A stretch of 62,041 nucleotides of DNA, the filler included, from Chiloscyllium plagiosum (taxonomy: Eukaryota), in NCBI RefSeq assembly GCF_004010195.1. It is 4 parts of one record of this genome, joined end to end, with 100 filler letters (N's around TTAATTAATTAA, not from the genome) between each part and the next. Parts side by side here need not be neighbours in the genome. Positions count along the whole stretch, not along the records: positions 1 to 26,360 come from NC_057713.1; 3 more parts are not named here. The stretch is one strand, 5' to 3'. Numbering within the stretch: the first letter of the stretch is position 1; every line of letters starts with the position of its first letter. This document shows, in pieces, positions 12,712 to 25,005 of the stretch. A program made the position numbers and the translations under genes. Under the pieces are notes generated by a model, which was given only the letters and a program-made list of their open reading frames with translations, did not search any database and had not been told where the DNA came from.

Positions 12712-13190
12712 AGGAATGAGAAATCTATCTGATGAGGAGAGACTGAGCAGTTTATGCCGATATTCTCTGGATTTGAGAAGAATTAGAGGAGATCTAATTG
12801 AGGTGTAAAAGATGATAAAGGAAATTGATAAAGTAGACCTAGAGAGGGTGTTTTCATATGTGGGAGTAATCTAGAATGAGAGTCGCCGCTTTAGGATAAG
12901 CGGGGTGGGGGCAGTGGGCGAGGGAAGATTTAAAACAGAGATTGGGAGGAATTACTTCTCTCAAAGGGTCATGAATCTGTGGGATTCACTCCGCCAGAGT
13001 GCGGGGGAATGCTGGGACACTGAGTAAACTTAAGGAAGTGACAGACAGATTCTTAATCAGTAATGGGTTAAAGGGTTATGGGGGCAGGCAGAAAAGGGGG
13101 AGTTGAGGCCTAGGTGAGATCAGCCATGATTGTTTAAACTGGCAGAGCAGGCTCGAGGGGCTGAATAGCCTCCTCCTAGTTCTTAAGTTT
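12712..13190 (+). mobile_element. CR1 3' fragment nested in the tail of the second LINE family
   Basis: RRIRGDLIEV motif and CR1 tail; the host tail resumes at about 13195 (CTAGGAGTGGGTAATAAAT). Confidence 0.8.
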
Positions 13191-13559
13191 TTGACTAGGA
13201 GTGGGTAATAAATACTGGACTGGCCAATGACACCCTCATTACACGAGTTAATAATGAAAATCCTCCTCTGTCCCCTGTTTTCTTGTCATGTCTCATGTGA
13301 AGCTGTCTTCCTAAGGACACCACTGCTGCCGGTTTGAAAGACTCGATGTCTTCCTTTTATGACCAGCTTGGCTCCATCCAAGACTGCTTCTTTTTGTTGA
13401 CTATTTTCTTGGCCTCCCTTTTGCCGATGAGAATCTGAAACAGAGCCAGATTGTTTTCAGTAATTTCCCTTCTAATTGTACCCTCCCTCCCTCTGGAAAG
13501 CAACACAGTCAGCTTTAAACATACGGTTCAGACTGAGATTTATTTGAGCACATAATTAA

Positions 13560-13830
13560 ACCCCTACTGCTCACTGACCTACATTGACTCCCAGTCCACT
13601 CCAGCATATTTTAAAATTCTCATGTTTGTTTTCAAAATCCCATCCCATCCGTGTAAACTCCTTCCACCCTCCCAGATCTTTGCATTCCTTTAAACAACCT
13701 TCCACTTGATTATTCCCGGTTTCCACCATGACATCATTGGCAGAAGTACCTTGAGCTTCCTTTGGCCCCAACTCATGAAGTCCCTTCTTAAACCTCTCCA
13801 ACTATCTCTCTCCCTGTCTCTGTCTCTCTC
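13560..13830 (+). mobile_element. L2-like LINE 3' remnant (related copy at about 38530-38890)
   Basis: CTCACTGACCTACATTGACTCCCAGT..TTTTAAAATTCTCATGTTTGTTTTCAAA, similar to the L2 LHWLP..FKIL..FK motif. Confidence 0.55.
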
Positions 13831-14104
13831 TCTCTCTATTAGGAGTCAGCTCAGGCACATGCTCTGGTAGAAACCGCATTGTCTTGGAGCTAGGGAAAAT
13901 TGGCCAGCCAACATCTCTGATAATCACAGGGCTGCTGGAGAACAAGCCGCTGACAACTCCTGTGTAGATAACGGACTCAACCATTAACAGGCTGACAGGT
14001 GGAGGGTGGTGGGGAGGATGAGGATGGGTTGGGGGTTGTCTTTAGTTCTGACATTTAGTCAGGCCAAACTTGAAACGTTAACTCTGTCTCTTTCCCCTCC
14101 AGGC

Positions 14105-14458
14105 CTCATAGAATCCTTACAGTGTGAAAACAGGCCCTTTGGCCCAACAGATCCACACCGACCCTCTGAAGCATAACCCAACCAGACCCATTCCTGGAAC
14201 TTATTACTCTACATTTACCCCTAACTAATGCGCCTAACATACACATCCCTGAACACTATGGGCAATTTGACATGGCCGATTCACCTAACCTGCACATCGT
14301 TGGACTGTGGGAGGAAACCAGAGCACCTGGAGAAAACCCATGCAGACACGGGGAGAATGTGCAAACTCCACACAGACAGTTGCCCGAGGCTGGAATTGAA
14401 CCTGGGTCCCTGGCGCTGTGAGGCAGCAGTGCTAACCACTGAGCCACAATGCCACCCC
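14105..14458 (-). mobile_element. HE1-type V-SINE, near full length
   Basis: Complete head TGGCTCAGTGGTTAGCACTGCTGCC, B box, V-domain and tail on the minus strand. Confidence 0.93.
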
Positions 14459-15124
14459 TGCTGAGTTTCTCCAGCATTCTCTGTGTTTTGCTTTTACTTA
14501 GTGAAAGGTGAATACAGCAAAGAGATCCATGTCAAGCACTTTCACAATCTTTAAGAAGCGTCTGGATGAGCACTTAAAATGCCAGGGCACAGTTGACTTT
14601 GGATCAAGTGCAGGTAAAATGGGGCTAGTGTGGTTTAGTGTTTGTTGGTCAGCACAGACATGGTGGGCCGAAGGGCCTGTTTCTATGTTGTCTGACTCTG
14701 TAACTATAAAACACCACCAATAGAATCTTAGATCAGACTTTTCAAATTTAAACAAAAATCATGCATAGGATTTGGACGTCGCTGTCTGGGCCCAGTGTTT
14801 ACTGCCCATCCCTAGTTGCCCCTTGAGAAGGTGGGGCTGAGCTGCCATCTTGAACCGCTGCAGTCCATATCGACCATGATCAATAAAACTAGCTGTATAT
14901 CCTGGGACTTTTCATGAGTTGAACTCGAATTCCACTAGTGGCCAGGACAGTCCGGGGCCCAGACCTAGGCCTCTGGATGAATAGCCCAGCAACAACACCG
15001 TGTCACCACCTCTCCCTCCATTGGCTTCTGTTAAATCCAACCATAATGCCTCAAGGGCGGGCGATCTGGAGATGATCTGCCTGCTCATTTTGGCGATGGA
15101 GGAGAGGCAGCAAAGAAATAGGAG

Positions 15125-15261
15125 GAGAAAGTGAGGTCTGCAGATGCTGGAGATCAGAGCCGGAGAAGGGCTTTCCTGAAGAAGGGCTTATGCCCAAACC
15201 GTCGATTCTCCTGTTCCCTGGATGCTGCCTGACCTGCTGCGCTTTTCCAGCAACACATCTC
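15125..15261. mobile_element. PLE foldback insert (family A) with 17-bp TSD
   Basis: CAGCAAAGAAATAGGAG (15108-15124) versus CAGCAACGAAATAGGAG (15262-15278). Confidence 0.8.
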
Positions 15262-15278
15262 CAGCAACGAAATAGGAG

Positions 15279-15484
15279 CCTACCACAATGAGCCTAGACC
15301 TCTACCATGCCAATACCGTCACTCGTGAGAGATGGAGATGTCAGGATCTGCTGACTCAAGAGAACTTTGATCTCCAGCATCTGCAGACCTCACTTTCTCC
15401 TACCACAATGAGCCTAGACCTCTACCATGCCAATACCGTCACTCGTGAGAGATGGAGATGTCAGGATCTGCTGACTCAAGAGAA
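15279..15484 (+). repeat. Perfect 86-bp direct duplication separated by a 34-bp pLTR end
   Basis: 15279-15364 is identical to 15399-15484; spacer CTTTGATCTCCAGCATCTGCAGACCTCACTTTCT. Confidence 0.93.
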
Positions 15485-15899
15485 ACTGAGAGATGAAACA
15501 GTTTCGGCATGGTTGAGCAAGTTCGACCCTTTCAGGTTTTGGTGTGTTCTAACCGTTCAACCATTTAGCTTTGACCTTTTTAGTTTACTGTTGATCAATT
15601 ATGATAGGACAGGAATGTGTCTGCAGTGCTGGGGAACAAGTCCAACATAAGCAGAGAGCTAGGTCACCATCAGTCAACACACACACAGCACTGTGGGGTG
15701 GGACATTCTGACATGCCCTCACTTTGTTTTCTAACTCAAGCAATACTTTCTCGCTTCTCCTCCCAGGAAACCAGGAACTCGATCCGTGACGTACGAATGC
15801 CTTAGTCACCTGCCGTACCCGAGGTTAACAGTTTCCCCCAATGACTGCACTAAATGAGGCTGTATGCACCTGAACTGCACCATTGGAAAACAGAGTCAT

Positions 15900-16095
15900 C
15901 AACACAAATTCAGAAAGCACTGGAAAAGCTCATTGGGCCTAGCAGCATCAGTGGAGAGAAATCAGAGTTAACGTTTCCCGAGGAAGGGTCACTGGATCCG
16001 AAATGATTTCTCTCCACAGGCGCTGCCAGACCTGCTGAGCTTTTCCAGCAATGTCTTATTTTGTTTCTGATTTGCTGCGTCTGCGGTTTTTATTT
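15900..16095. mobile_element. PLE terminal-repeat foldback insert (family B)
   Basis: Inverted arms CTGGAAAAGCTCA..GGAGAGAAATCA / TGATTTCTCTCCAC..TGAGCTTTTCCAG with a decayed hammerhead core between them. Confidence 0.7.
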
Positions 16096-16451
16096 ACATG
16101 ACGTTCTGTTTAAACAATAGACCTGCTCTCAGTCTCCTCTGAGCCTTCTCTCCCGGGACAGCAGTCCCAATCTCTCCAATCTACGTCATCACTGAAATTT
16201 CTCATTCCAGGACAATGCTGATAAAGCTTTTCTGAACTCTCTCCAAAGCATTCATATACTTCCTAAGCATGATGCCCAGGCCTGTACACAACACTCCACC
16301 TGAAGTGTAACAAATGTGAAATAAGTTCATCACAACCTCTTTGCTCTTGTACTCTACACCCCTCTTAATAAAGACTAGGATAGTGTATGCTTTATTAACA
16401 GCTCTCCTGATCTGTCCTGCCACCTTCAATGAGCTGAGACATAAAAACTGC

Positions 16452-16488
16452 AGGTCCTGAGGAAGGGTTACACCCGAAACGTTGACTT
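16452..16488 (+). ncRNA. Minimal type I hammerhead ribozyme motif in a PLE terminal repeat
   Basis: AGGTC-CTGAGGA-A-GGGT(TAC)ACCC-GAAA-C-GTT-GACTT: core boxes, 4-bp stem II, 5-bp stem I, palindromic ACGT in place of stem III. Confidence 0.75.
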
Positions 16489-16493
16489 CTCCA

Positions 16494-16640
16494 CCTCCTG
16501 ATGCTTCTTGGCTTGCTGTGTTCCCCCAGCCTCCTGCCTGTCCCTCCTGATGCTGCCTGCCTTGCTGTGTTCCCCCAGCCTCCTGCCTGTCCTTCCTGAT
16601 GCTGCCTGCCTTGCTGTATTCCCGCAGCCTCCTGCCTGTC
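16494..16640 (+). repeat. 49-bp tandem repeat x3 derived from a PLE terminal repeat
   Basis: CCTCCTGATGCTGCCTGCCTTGCTGTGTTCCCCCAGCCTCCTGCCTGTC repeated with period 49. Confidence 0.92.
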
Positions 16641-16694
16641 CACCTTGAATGATCTGTACACCCAGTCCCTTCTGCTTCAGGAAAGCCTCGAGGC

Positions 16695-18700
16695 ATTTAT
16701 ATTAAGATTAAGAAAGAATTAGCAGGGAAAGAGTGGGGCCTATAAGAGACCAAAGGGGCAATCTGTGTGTGGACATGGGTAATGAATATTTCTCATCTGT
16801 GTTCACAGAGACAAAAGACATTGTAGCAGGAGATTACAGTTAGGGTAGTGAGGTTCTAGAGATGAATAAGGAGAAGATATTTCATGTTTTAGCAGTATAA
16901 AGGTACATAAATCCCAGGGCCTGAAGGGATGTATCCCAGGCTGCCATAAGAGGCAAGGGAGGGGATTATTGGGGCCGCGGTGGTGATATTTAATACCTCA
17001 CTGGCCACAGCCAAAGCACCAGATGATGGGAAGATAGCTAATATGGTTCCTTTGTTCAGTAGGGCAGCAGGGATAGGACAGGTCATTACAGAGCAGATAG
17101 ACTGATGTCAGTGATGAAGGAATTATTGGAAAATATTCTGAAGGGCAGGATTAATCAGCATTTGGAAAGGTAGGGTTGATCAGCGATTGACAGCACAGAT
17201 TTTTTAGAGGGAGGTCCTGTCTGACTGATCTAATTAGGTTTTTGTGAAGTGAATAAATATATAATGACTGTAGTGCAGTTGATGTAATTTACGTGGACTT
17301 TAGTCAGGCCTTTGACAGGTTCCCACATGGAAGGCTGGCCAAAAAGGTAAGAGCCCATGGGATCCAAGACAGTTAGCAACCTGGATCCATAATTGGCATA
17401 AAAATAGGCCAAAGGTGATGGTGCAGAGTTGTTTCGGTGATTGAAAGCCTGTGACCAGCGGTGTACCACAAGGATCGGTACTGGGACCCTTGGTGTTTGT
17501 TGTGTACATTAATGATTTGGATTTGAATGTTGAAGGTGACTTTGCAGATGACACAAAGATTAGTGTGGAGGATGGTCAGGATGCAGTCTGATGTTGATCA
17601 GCTGGTAAATTGGGCAGAGTAAGGGAGGCAGATGGACTCTCTTGTTCTACAGATGCTGCCTGACCTGCTGTGCTTTTCCAGCGTCACACGTTTTGACAGG
17701 TGGGATTTAGTCTTGATAAGTGCATAGTCATGCATTTTGAGAGGTCCGAAAAATGAAGGAGTCTAGATTAGAGCGGTGCTGGAAAAGCACAGCAGGTCAG
17801 GCAGCATCCGAGGAACAGGAGAATCGACGCTTCAGGCAAAACCCTTAATCAGGAATCAATTGGCTTTTGCCCAAAACGTCGATTTTCCTGCTACTCAGAT
17901 GCTGCCTGACCTGCTGTGCTTTTCCAGCACCACTTTAATCTAGACTCTGGTTTCCAGCATCTGCAGTCCTCACTTTCATCCTGAAAAATGAAGGATATAC
18001 ACAATGAGTGATAGGACCCTAAGGAATACTGAGGAACCTTGATGCAAAAGTCCATAGCTCCCTGAAGGTGTCAGCACAGGTAGGCAGGGTGGGGAAGAAG
18101 GCATATGGGATTCTTGCCTTCATTAGCTGGGGTGTAGGAACAGGAAAGTCTTGTTACAACTTTATAAAGCATTGGTTAGGCCACAGATGGAATACTGTGT
18201 GCAGTTCTGGTCACCATACTGTAGGAAGGATGTGATTGCGCTGGAGAAGGTGCAGAGGAGATTCACCAGGAGGGTGCCTGGGATGGAAAGCCTCCGTTAT
18301 GAGGAGAGACTGGATAGGCTAGGATTGTTTTCCCTGGAGCAGATGAGGCTGTTGGGGCTCTGACTGAGGGATACAACATGATGAGAGGCACAGACAGGGT
18401 CGATTGTGAGAATCTTTTCCTCATGGCAGATGTATCTAAGACCAGAGGGTACAAGTTTAAAGTGAGGAGTAGAAACGATTGGAAATAAAGTGTTTCTCCC
18501 CCAGAGGGTGGTAGGAATGTGGGGGCAGGTACTGTCTCAACATTTAAGAAGCATTTCAATGATCACTTAAAATGCCAGGGCACAGTAGGCTAGGGACCAA
18601 GTGCAGGTAAATGGGATTAGTGCAGTTTGATGTTTGTTTGTTGGACAGCATAGACATGGTGGGCCGAAGGGCCTGTTTCTATGCTGTGCTACCCTATGGC
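16695..18700 (+). mobile_element. CR1 LINE ORF2 remnant (about 2 kb, heavily decayed) with nested PLE inserts
   Basis: Ordered motifs KSPGP-like, [39 protein letters not shown] and tail. Confidence 0.88.
17761..17982. mobile_element. PLE foldback insert (family A) with 13-bp TSD
   Basis: Inverted arms; GAAAAATGAAGGA at 17748-17760 and 17983-17995. Confidence 0.85.
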
Positions 18701-19507
18701 TTTTGCAATGAAGTTCAATTCTGCGATTGGCTGGGAAGGTGCAGTGGGGTGTGTGAGGAGTCATTGAGGAGTGGATAATAGCTATATACCATGTCCCACT
18801 TGCTTGTTGCATCTGCCTGTTTACTTTCATTACAAATACACTGCGGATCCTTTTGTACATCACCATTTTGTAATCCATCACTTTTCATAAAACTCTGCCA
18901 TTCTGTTGTTCTATTGAAGTGAGAAGCCTCTCATTTATCCTTGTTATACTGCATCTGCCATGTCATTCTCCACTCACTCAATCATCTAAGTTATCCTGAA
19001 GCCTCTTTATATCGTCCTCACCACACCCATCGGGATTTGCGTTGTCAGCAATCTTGGAAATACTACACTTTATTCCCTCTCACAAATCATTGATTTATAT
19101 TGTGACCAGCTTGGGATCTAGCACTACCTTTCTGCACTTGTCTGCTCCACAACATATTTACATGCACTATCAAACTGTGTATATTCAAGAAAAATGGGGA
19201 TTGCCTATTTTGAAAAATGATACGTTTTAGTCCACTATGTTCTGTAAGATCATATTCCCCAGCAAGTTCCTCTCCAAGCTCCTCACCATCCTGACTGGGA
19301 AATATATCGCCGTTCCTTCAGTGTCACTGGGTCAGAATCCTGGAATTCCCTCCCTGAGGGTATTGTGGGTCTACCTACAACACATGGACTGCAGCAGCTC
19401 AAGAAGGCAGCTCACCCCCACCTTCTCAAGGGGCAACTGGGGACAGGGTAACAAGCCCCTATCCTGCCACAGAATATCAAACAATGTTGACATGCTAAAT
19501 TGTGGAG

Positions 19508-19726
19508 CAGTCGGTCCTGAGATAACACGATAGTTCAGTTCCCGCGCGACCCTGTGTTATAAGAAAATCACGCAATAGCTGCACCATTTGAGCTGATGTG
19601 ACCAGAATCGCGTCATAGCCAACATAGGTAAGGAAAGTTTGAGTTCTACAAATGACAGTCTAAGTTCTTTAATCGCGTTAAAGCCAATTCGCTTTCAAGA
19701 AACACACATTACAGCAGAACAGACTA
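19508..19726. mobile_element. Decayed Tigger/pogo-like MITE
   Basis: Imperfect TIRs CAGTCGGTCCTGAGATAACACG / CACATTACAGCAGAACAGACTA and internal CGCGTTA-type subrepeats; TA TSDs not preserved. Confidence 0.55.
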
Positions 19727-19772
19727 ATCATCACGGTCGAATTTGCGATGATTCTGAATTCTGACACATATA

Positions 19773-20320
19773 CAGTGGAAACTCGATTATCCGAACGTGA
19801 TGGGTGGGCAGTTCAAATAATCGATTATTCGGAAAATCGATTAAATGCCTTTCCTCTGGGGCTCGGAGATTTTAAAGTTTGCTCCCCGTTCAGGAGACTG
19901 CAGCAGCACACAGCGCACGAGACCCCGCCCCCAACACCGCCCCCGGTCAACTCCACTTGCTGCTAAAGCTGCCTTTGTGGGGTAAATCTCCAAATAGCAC
20001 ACAGCCACAACTTTTTACTGAAAACTTTTGACAGGTTCCACACTTGTCCTGCACAGGACAATGTTGGAGAGATAATTCCTGGGAAGCGGGGGGTGGCGGG
20101 GAGGAGGTTCGGGTACACCCCTCTGCCCCTCTGTAGAACTCCAGGGAAAGTGTGGGGAGCGGGAGAGGGTAGGAGGTCAGTCATTTGGAGACGGTGCCTG
20201 TTTAATCACTGTAAACAAAGATGTGATCACTGTTGGAAACACATCTTCGCTGTAATGTTTCTATCGGGATCTTGAGATCTCCTTCGGATAATTGGTATTC
20301 CGATAATCGAGGTTCCCCTG
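19773..20320. mobile_element. Tigger/pogo-like non-autonomous DNA transposon (548 bp)
   Basis: TA|CAGTGGAAACTCGATTATCCGAA ... TTCCGATAATCGAGGTTCCCCTG|TA: TIRs plus TA duplication. Confidence 0.85.
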
Positions 20321-21509
20321 TATTTGCAAAATCAAACTGATGGTTTCATTCTTTCACACATGGTCCTGAACAAATTTGCTCACTCTAGCTTAGCTTTGGT
20401 CTGTTTGTGGCACTGCGTGGTCTCTTTAAGAATGCTGTGCTGCTGGGCATCAGTGCAGCTTTGAAGGGGACTTTGGTCCCAATTGGTACAAACCACTACA
20501 CACTGCATAGGTTTGTGTTTTTTTCTCATATTACTTTGGACTGCTTGAATACACACCCTAAATAAATGTTTTGAAATGACTGAACAAGACAAAAGCGTAA
20601 TGGGAGCCAAGAGGGAACACTCCTAATCTCATCTGTATCACTTAAAGATGTCCTGAGTAATTCACTGAACCGAGGCTGTGGGGGTAGGTTCGGAGTGGGG
20701 GTGGGGGAAGGATGAGCTATCAAATTCTCGTCAGCTCCTGGCCAATTGTAACTGTCCGGAGAAGGCACAGATATCTCAATACTCGGTCCTCTTCCCCATC
20801 CTACAATAATTGGATTCTGCACACAACATTTAGTAGCAGTCAGGACAAATTCAATCAACATCTTCTGAGAATCCAGCCTCGCTTTATAATTTTTTTTTTC
20901 AGATTTATTTTGATCCATTCTTTGTTCTGGAGACATGCACTGGTTTCACACTCCATTGGAAAAGTCAATGAACGCTTGCTGTAGCTACGAGGGATGTCAC
21001 TTGCCTTGCTGTTGGAGGCTGAAATTGCATGTTACCAGTTAATTTCACCAGTTTTGAGAAGGCAACCTTTTCATTTTGTGTGAATTTACAAATTGAGGAG
21101 CGAACGCAAATGCAAATAAATAAGGCAGCTCCTGAGCACCAATAAATAATAGTTCTGAATGTTTTAACTAACACAACTCAAGACCACAACATGCACATCA
21201 TTAATATTAAAAATACCATCAGCATTCAGGGATAATAATAAAACACATTACAATTTCAAATGAGGTCGAGTTAGAATCTGTTCTGTTTTTAATGCTTCTT
21301 TTTGTTTATTCATCAAGTTGGAATTTCACTGCTATGTGTGAGAGTCCTTTCCACTTCATGCTTTTAATGTCAGGATTAACCTCCCCGGGTCAGGTACAAT
21401 AAGTGGTAAAACCTGCGTCAGTAATCTTCCAGAATCTAGTGGGACTTCTACCTTTAACCCCCTGGTCCGTTCTGGCTTCTGTTTGTATCCCCTTCCTCAG
21501 CACAATATT

Positions 21510-22200
21510 ACTCATAAAGTTGTACAGCATGGAAACAGACCCTTCAGTCCAAATTGTCCATGCCAAATAGCTATCCTAAACCAATCTAGTTCCATTTAAC
21601 AGCATCTGGCCCATGTCCCTCTAAACTCTCCCTATTCATATACCCATCCAGATGCCTTTTACATGCTGTAATTGTACCAGCCTCCACCATTTCCAGCTCA
21701 TTCCAGACACGCACCACCCTCTGTGTAAAAAAACTCTCTGCCCCTTAAGTCCTTTTAAATTTTTATCCTCTCACCTTAAACCTATGCCCTCTAGTTCTGG
21801 ACTCCCCGATCCCAGGGAAAAGACTTTGTCTATTTATCCTGTTCATGCCCCTCATGATTTTATAAACCTCCATAAGGTCACCCCCTCAGCCCCCAACACT
21901 CCAGGGAAAACAGCCCCAGCCTATTCAGCCTCTCCCTATAGCTCAAACCTTCCAACCCTGGCAACATCCTTGTAAATCTTTTCTGCACCTGCTCAAGTTT
22001 AACAACATCCTTCTTACAGCATGGAGACCAGAATTGCACACAGTATTCCAAAGGTGTCCTAACCAATGTCATGTACAGCCGCAACATGACCTCCCAACTC
22101 CTATATTTGATACACTGACCAATAAAGGCAAGCATACCAAACCCTTCTTCACTGTCCTGTCTTCCTGTGACTCCACTTTCAAGGAGCTAGGAATTTGCAA
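21510..22200 (-). mobile_element. HER1/CR1 LINE 3' fragment
   Basis: [39 protein letters not shown]; tail. Confidence 0.92.
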
Positions 22201-22319
22201 CCGAAGGCCAATTTTCAGCCATGGCTCTGTTGTTTTATTTTCAGTTGGATGAGGGGATCGCTGGCAAAGTCAGCATTTGTTGATTATCCCATTCACACTT
22301 GGGCATAGTTAAGAGTCCA

Positions 22320-22600
22320 GTCACCCAGGTTCGATTCCAGCCTCAGGCGACAGTCTGTGTGGAGTTTCTCCCCGTGTCTGCGTGGGTTTCCTCCGGGTGC
22401 TCCGGTTTCCTCCCATAGTCCATAGGTGTGCAGGTTAGAGTGAATTGGCCATGCTAAAATGCCCATAGTGTTCAGGGGTGTGTAAGCTAAATGCATTAGT
22501 CAGGAATAAACGTAGGGGAATGGGTTTGGGTGGCATACACTTCAGAGGGTCAGTGTGGACTTGTTGGGCTGAAGGGCCTTTTCCACACTGTAGGGATTCT
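22320..22600 (+). mobile_element. HE1-type V-SINE (5' truncated)
   Basis: B box GGTTCGATTCC, V-domain and tail. Confidence 0.88.
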
Positions 22601-23039
22601 AATTACTTTGGATCTGGAGTCACATGTAGCTCAGATTGGGCACAGAAACTAGTTTCTTTCCCTAAAAGGCAGTTATAGACGAGGTAGATGCAGGAAGGAG
22701 GTTCCTGATGGAAGGCGGAGTCCAGAGCCAGATGATGCTGTCTACAGGTAAAGAGGTCACGGTCCTACCAGGTCATTGGACTGGCCTCTCATTAATTCTC
22801 TCGAATGGTTGTGAATTCACTATCAGAGAGTGAGGTGAATGTTGGGACACTGAATAATTTTAAGAGGACAGAGATAGATTTTAATTAGTAACTAGTTGAA
22901 GGGTTATGGGGAGCAGACAGGAAAGTCGAGTTGAGGTTGAGATGAGATCAGCCATGATAGTATTAAATGGTGGAGAAGGCTTGAGGGGCTGAATAGCCTA
23001 CTCCCTCTCCTAGTTCTGACGTTCTTATGCTCTATACCT

Positions 23040-23285
23040 GAGGCAGTGATGGCCCAGTGGTATTATCGTTAAATTGTTAATTCAGGGACCCAGGTGATGT
23101 TCTGGGGACATGGGTTCGAATCCTGTCATGGCAGAATTTGAATTCAGTAAAAATCTGGATTTAGGAGTCTAATGATCACCATGAATCCATTACCAATAGT
23201 TGGAAAAACCCATTGGTTCACTAATGCCCTTTAGGGAAGGAAACTGCCATCCTTATCTGGTCTGACCTACATGTGACTCCAGACC
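23040..23285 (+). mobile_element. Second tRNA-derived SINE family (unassigned)
   Basis: A box TGGCCCAGTGG, B box GGTTCGAATCC; body GGTTCACTAATGCCCTTTAGGGAAGGAAA..ACATGTGACTCCAGACC recurs at about 5915, 29835, 46720 and 48350. Confidence 0.72.
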
Positions 23286-24604
23286 AGGTAAGGATGGTGG
23301 CCTATCCTGTGAAGCCCTCATCACATAAATGAATACTAAAAAAGAGATGAATGAGGGTGATTTAACTTGAGGGTCACCACACCTCAGATGAGGGGAGAGG
23401 TTGCGAAGGAGAGTCCTTCATAATAACCTCAGTTGGTGTGGGAATTGAAGCGATGTTGTTGGCTTTAATGTTCACCACAAACTGCACGTCAAATCTAACC
23501 GACAGTCGAAGGATATGGGGTGGACCATTTCAAACTGAGGTCAGGAGAAGTGTCTTCACCCAGAGAGTGAGGATTGTGAATTTCCTGCCACAGGAAGTGG
23601 TTAAGCTCAAAGCATTGCATGATTTCAAGAAGGTGTTGGATGTAGGGGCCAAAGAGATCAAAGGACATGGGGGAAAAGCAGGAACGGGTTATGGAGTTGG
23701 GACAATTGGTGTTGGTTGAAAAAAATTCCCATGGTGTCCGTTTTTAGGACAGTTTTCCCAAAGCAGGTTGGAAAAACCCGGATTGTTTTCACTGGAAAGA
23801 TGGAGGCTGAGGGGGTGGGTGGGGGGGGGGGGGAGGGGAGGACCTGGTAAAGGTCTACAAAATGAGAGGCTTAGGAAGGGTGGATAGTCAGAGGCTTTTT
23901 CCCAGAGTGGAAAGATCAACTACAAGAGGCCACAGGTTCAAGATGAGAGGGGGCAAGTTTAAGGGAGAATTATGGGGAATATTTATCATGTGGAGGGTGG
24001 TGGGTGTCTGGAATGCACTGCCAGTGGTGCAGGCACATTAGTTTAAGGGATATCTTGATAGACACATGAATGGGAGGTGAACAGGGAGATAGAAACTGCC
24101 TATGGGCAATATGTAGCAGTTCCAAATAAGGACTAGGAATTGGCACAAGTTTGGTGGGCTGAAGGGCCTTTTCCTGTGTATTGTACTGATTGGTATGAGA
24201 AGTTACACACAGGGACATGTAGTGACTGATAGCTATCGGCAAAAACGCACATCTCCATTACTGCATTTATAATGCTATCTTTGATAATTCATGGGAATAG
24301 CATTCAAAGCCAATAAACTCTAACAGGAAGAATGAAATGTTAGCTTCAGTTAGATGGCATCGTTAGTGAGACATCAAATAGATTTACTGAGAGCCTTCTG
24401 CAGACTTCGAAATGTGTATTTTTCTTGTGAAATCGATAAGTATACTTTGACAAATTTATGGTACAGAGCATAGATTATGTACATATAATGACAAGAATTT
24501 TTTTGTTTGTGTTGTATCTTGTAAAGAAAGCTACCCAAGGAAGGCATTTATTACCACATCCTGTATTGGACCAAGAAACATAGACAGAGGAACCCAATGC
24601 TCTG

Positions 24605-25005
24605 TAGCGTCGGAGGCTGAGGGGTGACCTTATAGAGTCTTAATAAGATCATGAGGGGCATGGATAGGGTAAATAGACAAGGGTTTTTCCCAGGATAGGG
24701 GAATCCAAAACTAGAGGGTATACATTTAGGGTGAGAGGAGAAAGATTTAAAAGGGACCCAAGAGGCAACTTTTTCACACAGAATGTTGTGCATGTGTGGA
24801 ATGAGCTGCCAGACAAAGTGGTCGAGGCTGGTACGATTACAGCGTTTAAAAGGCATCTGGATGGGTATCTGAATAGGAAGGGTTTAGAGGGATATGGGCT
24901 AAGTGCTGGCAAATGGGACAAGCTAAGTTTAGGATATCTGGTTGGCATGGACAAGTTTGGACCGAAGGGTCTGTTTCTGTGCTGTACATCTCTATCACTC
25001 TATGA
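24605..25005 (+). mobile_element. HER1/CR1 LINE 3' end
   Basis: RGERFKRDPRGNFFTQNVVHVWNELP..FKRHLD; tail CTGTACATCTCTATCACTCTATGA. Confidence 0.93.

Noticed and set aside
16494..16640. CRISPR-like array
   Set aside because: The units are contiguous with no unique spacers, the context is eukaryotic and there are no cas genes.
20526..20936. 136-aa minus-strand ORF in unique sequence
   Set aside because: No recognisable domain or supporting splice structure; the length is compatible with chance.
21110..21117. Octamer ATGCAAAT as an immunoglobulin promoter
   Set aside because: No leader, V segment or recombination signal nearby; a single 8-mer is expected by chance in 62 kb.
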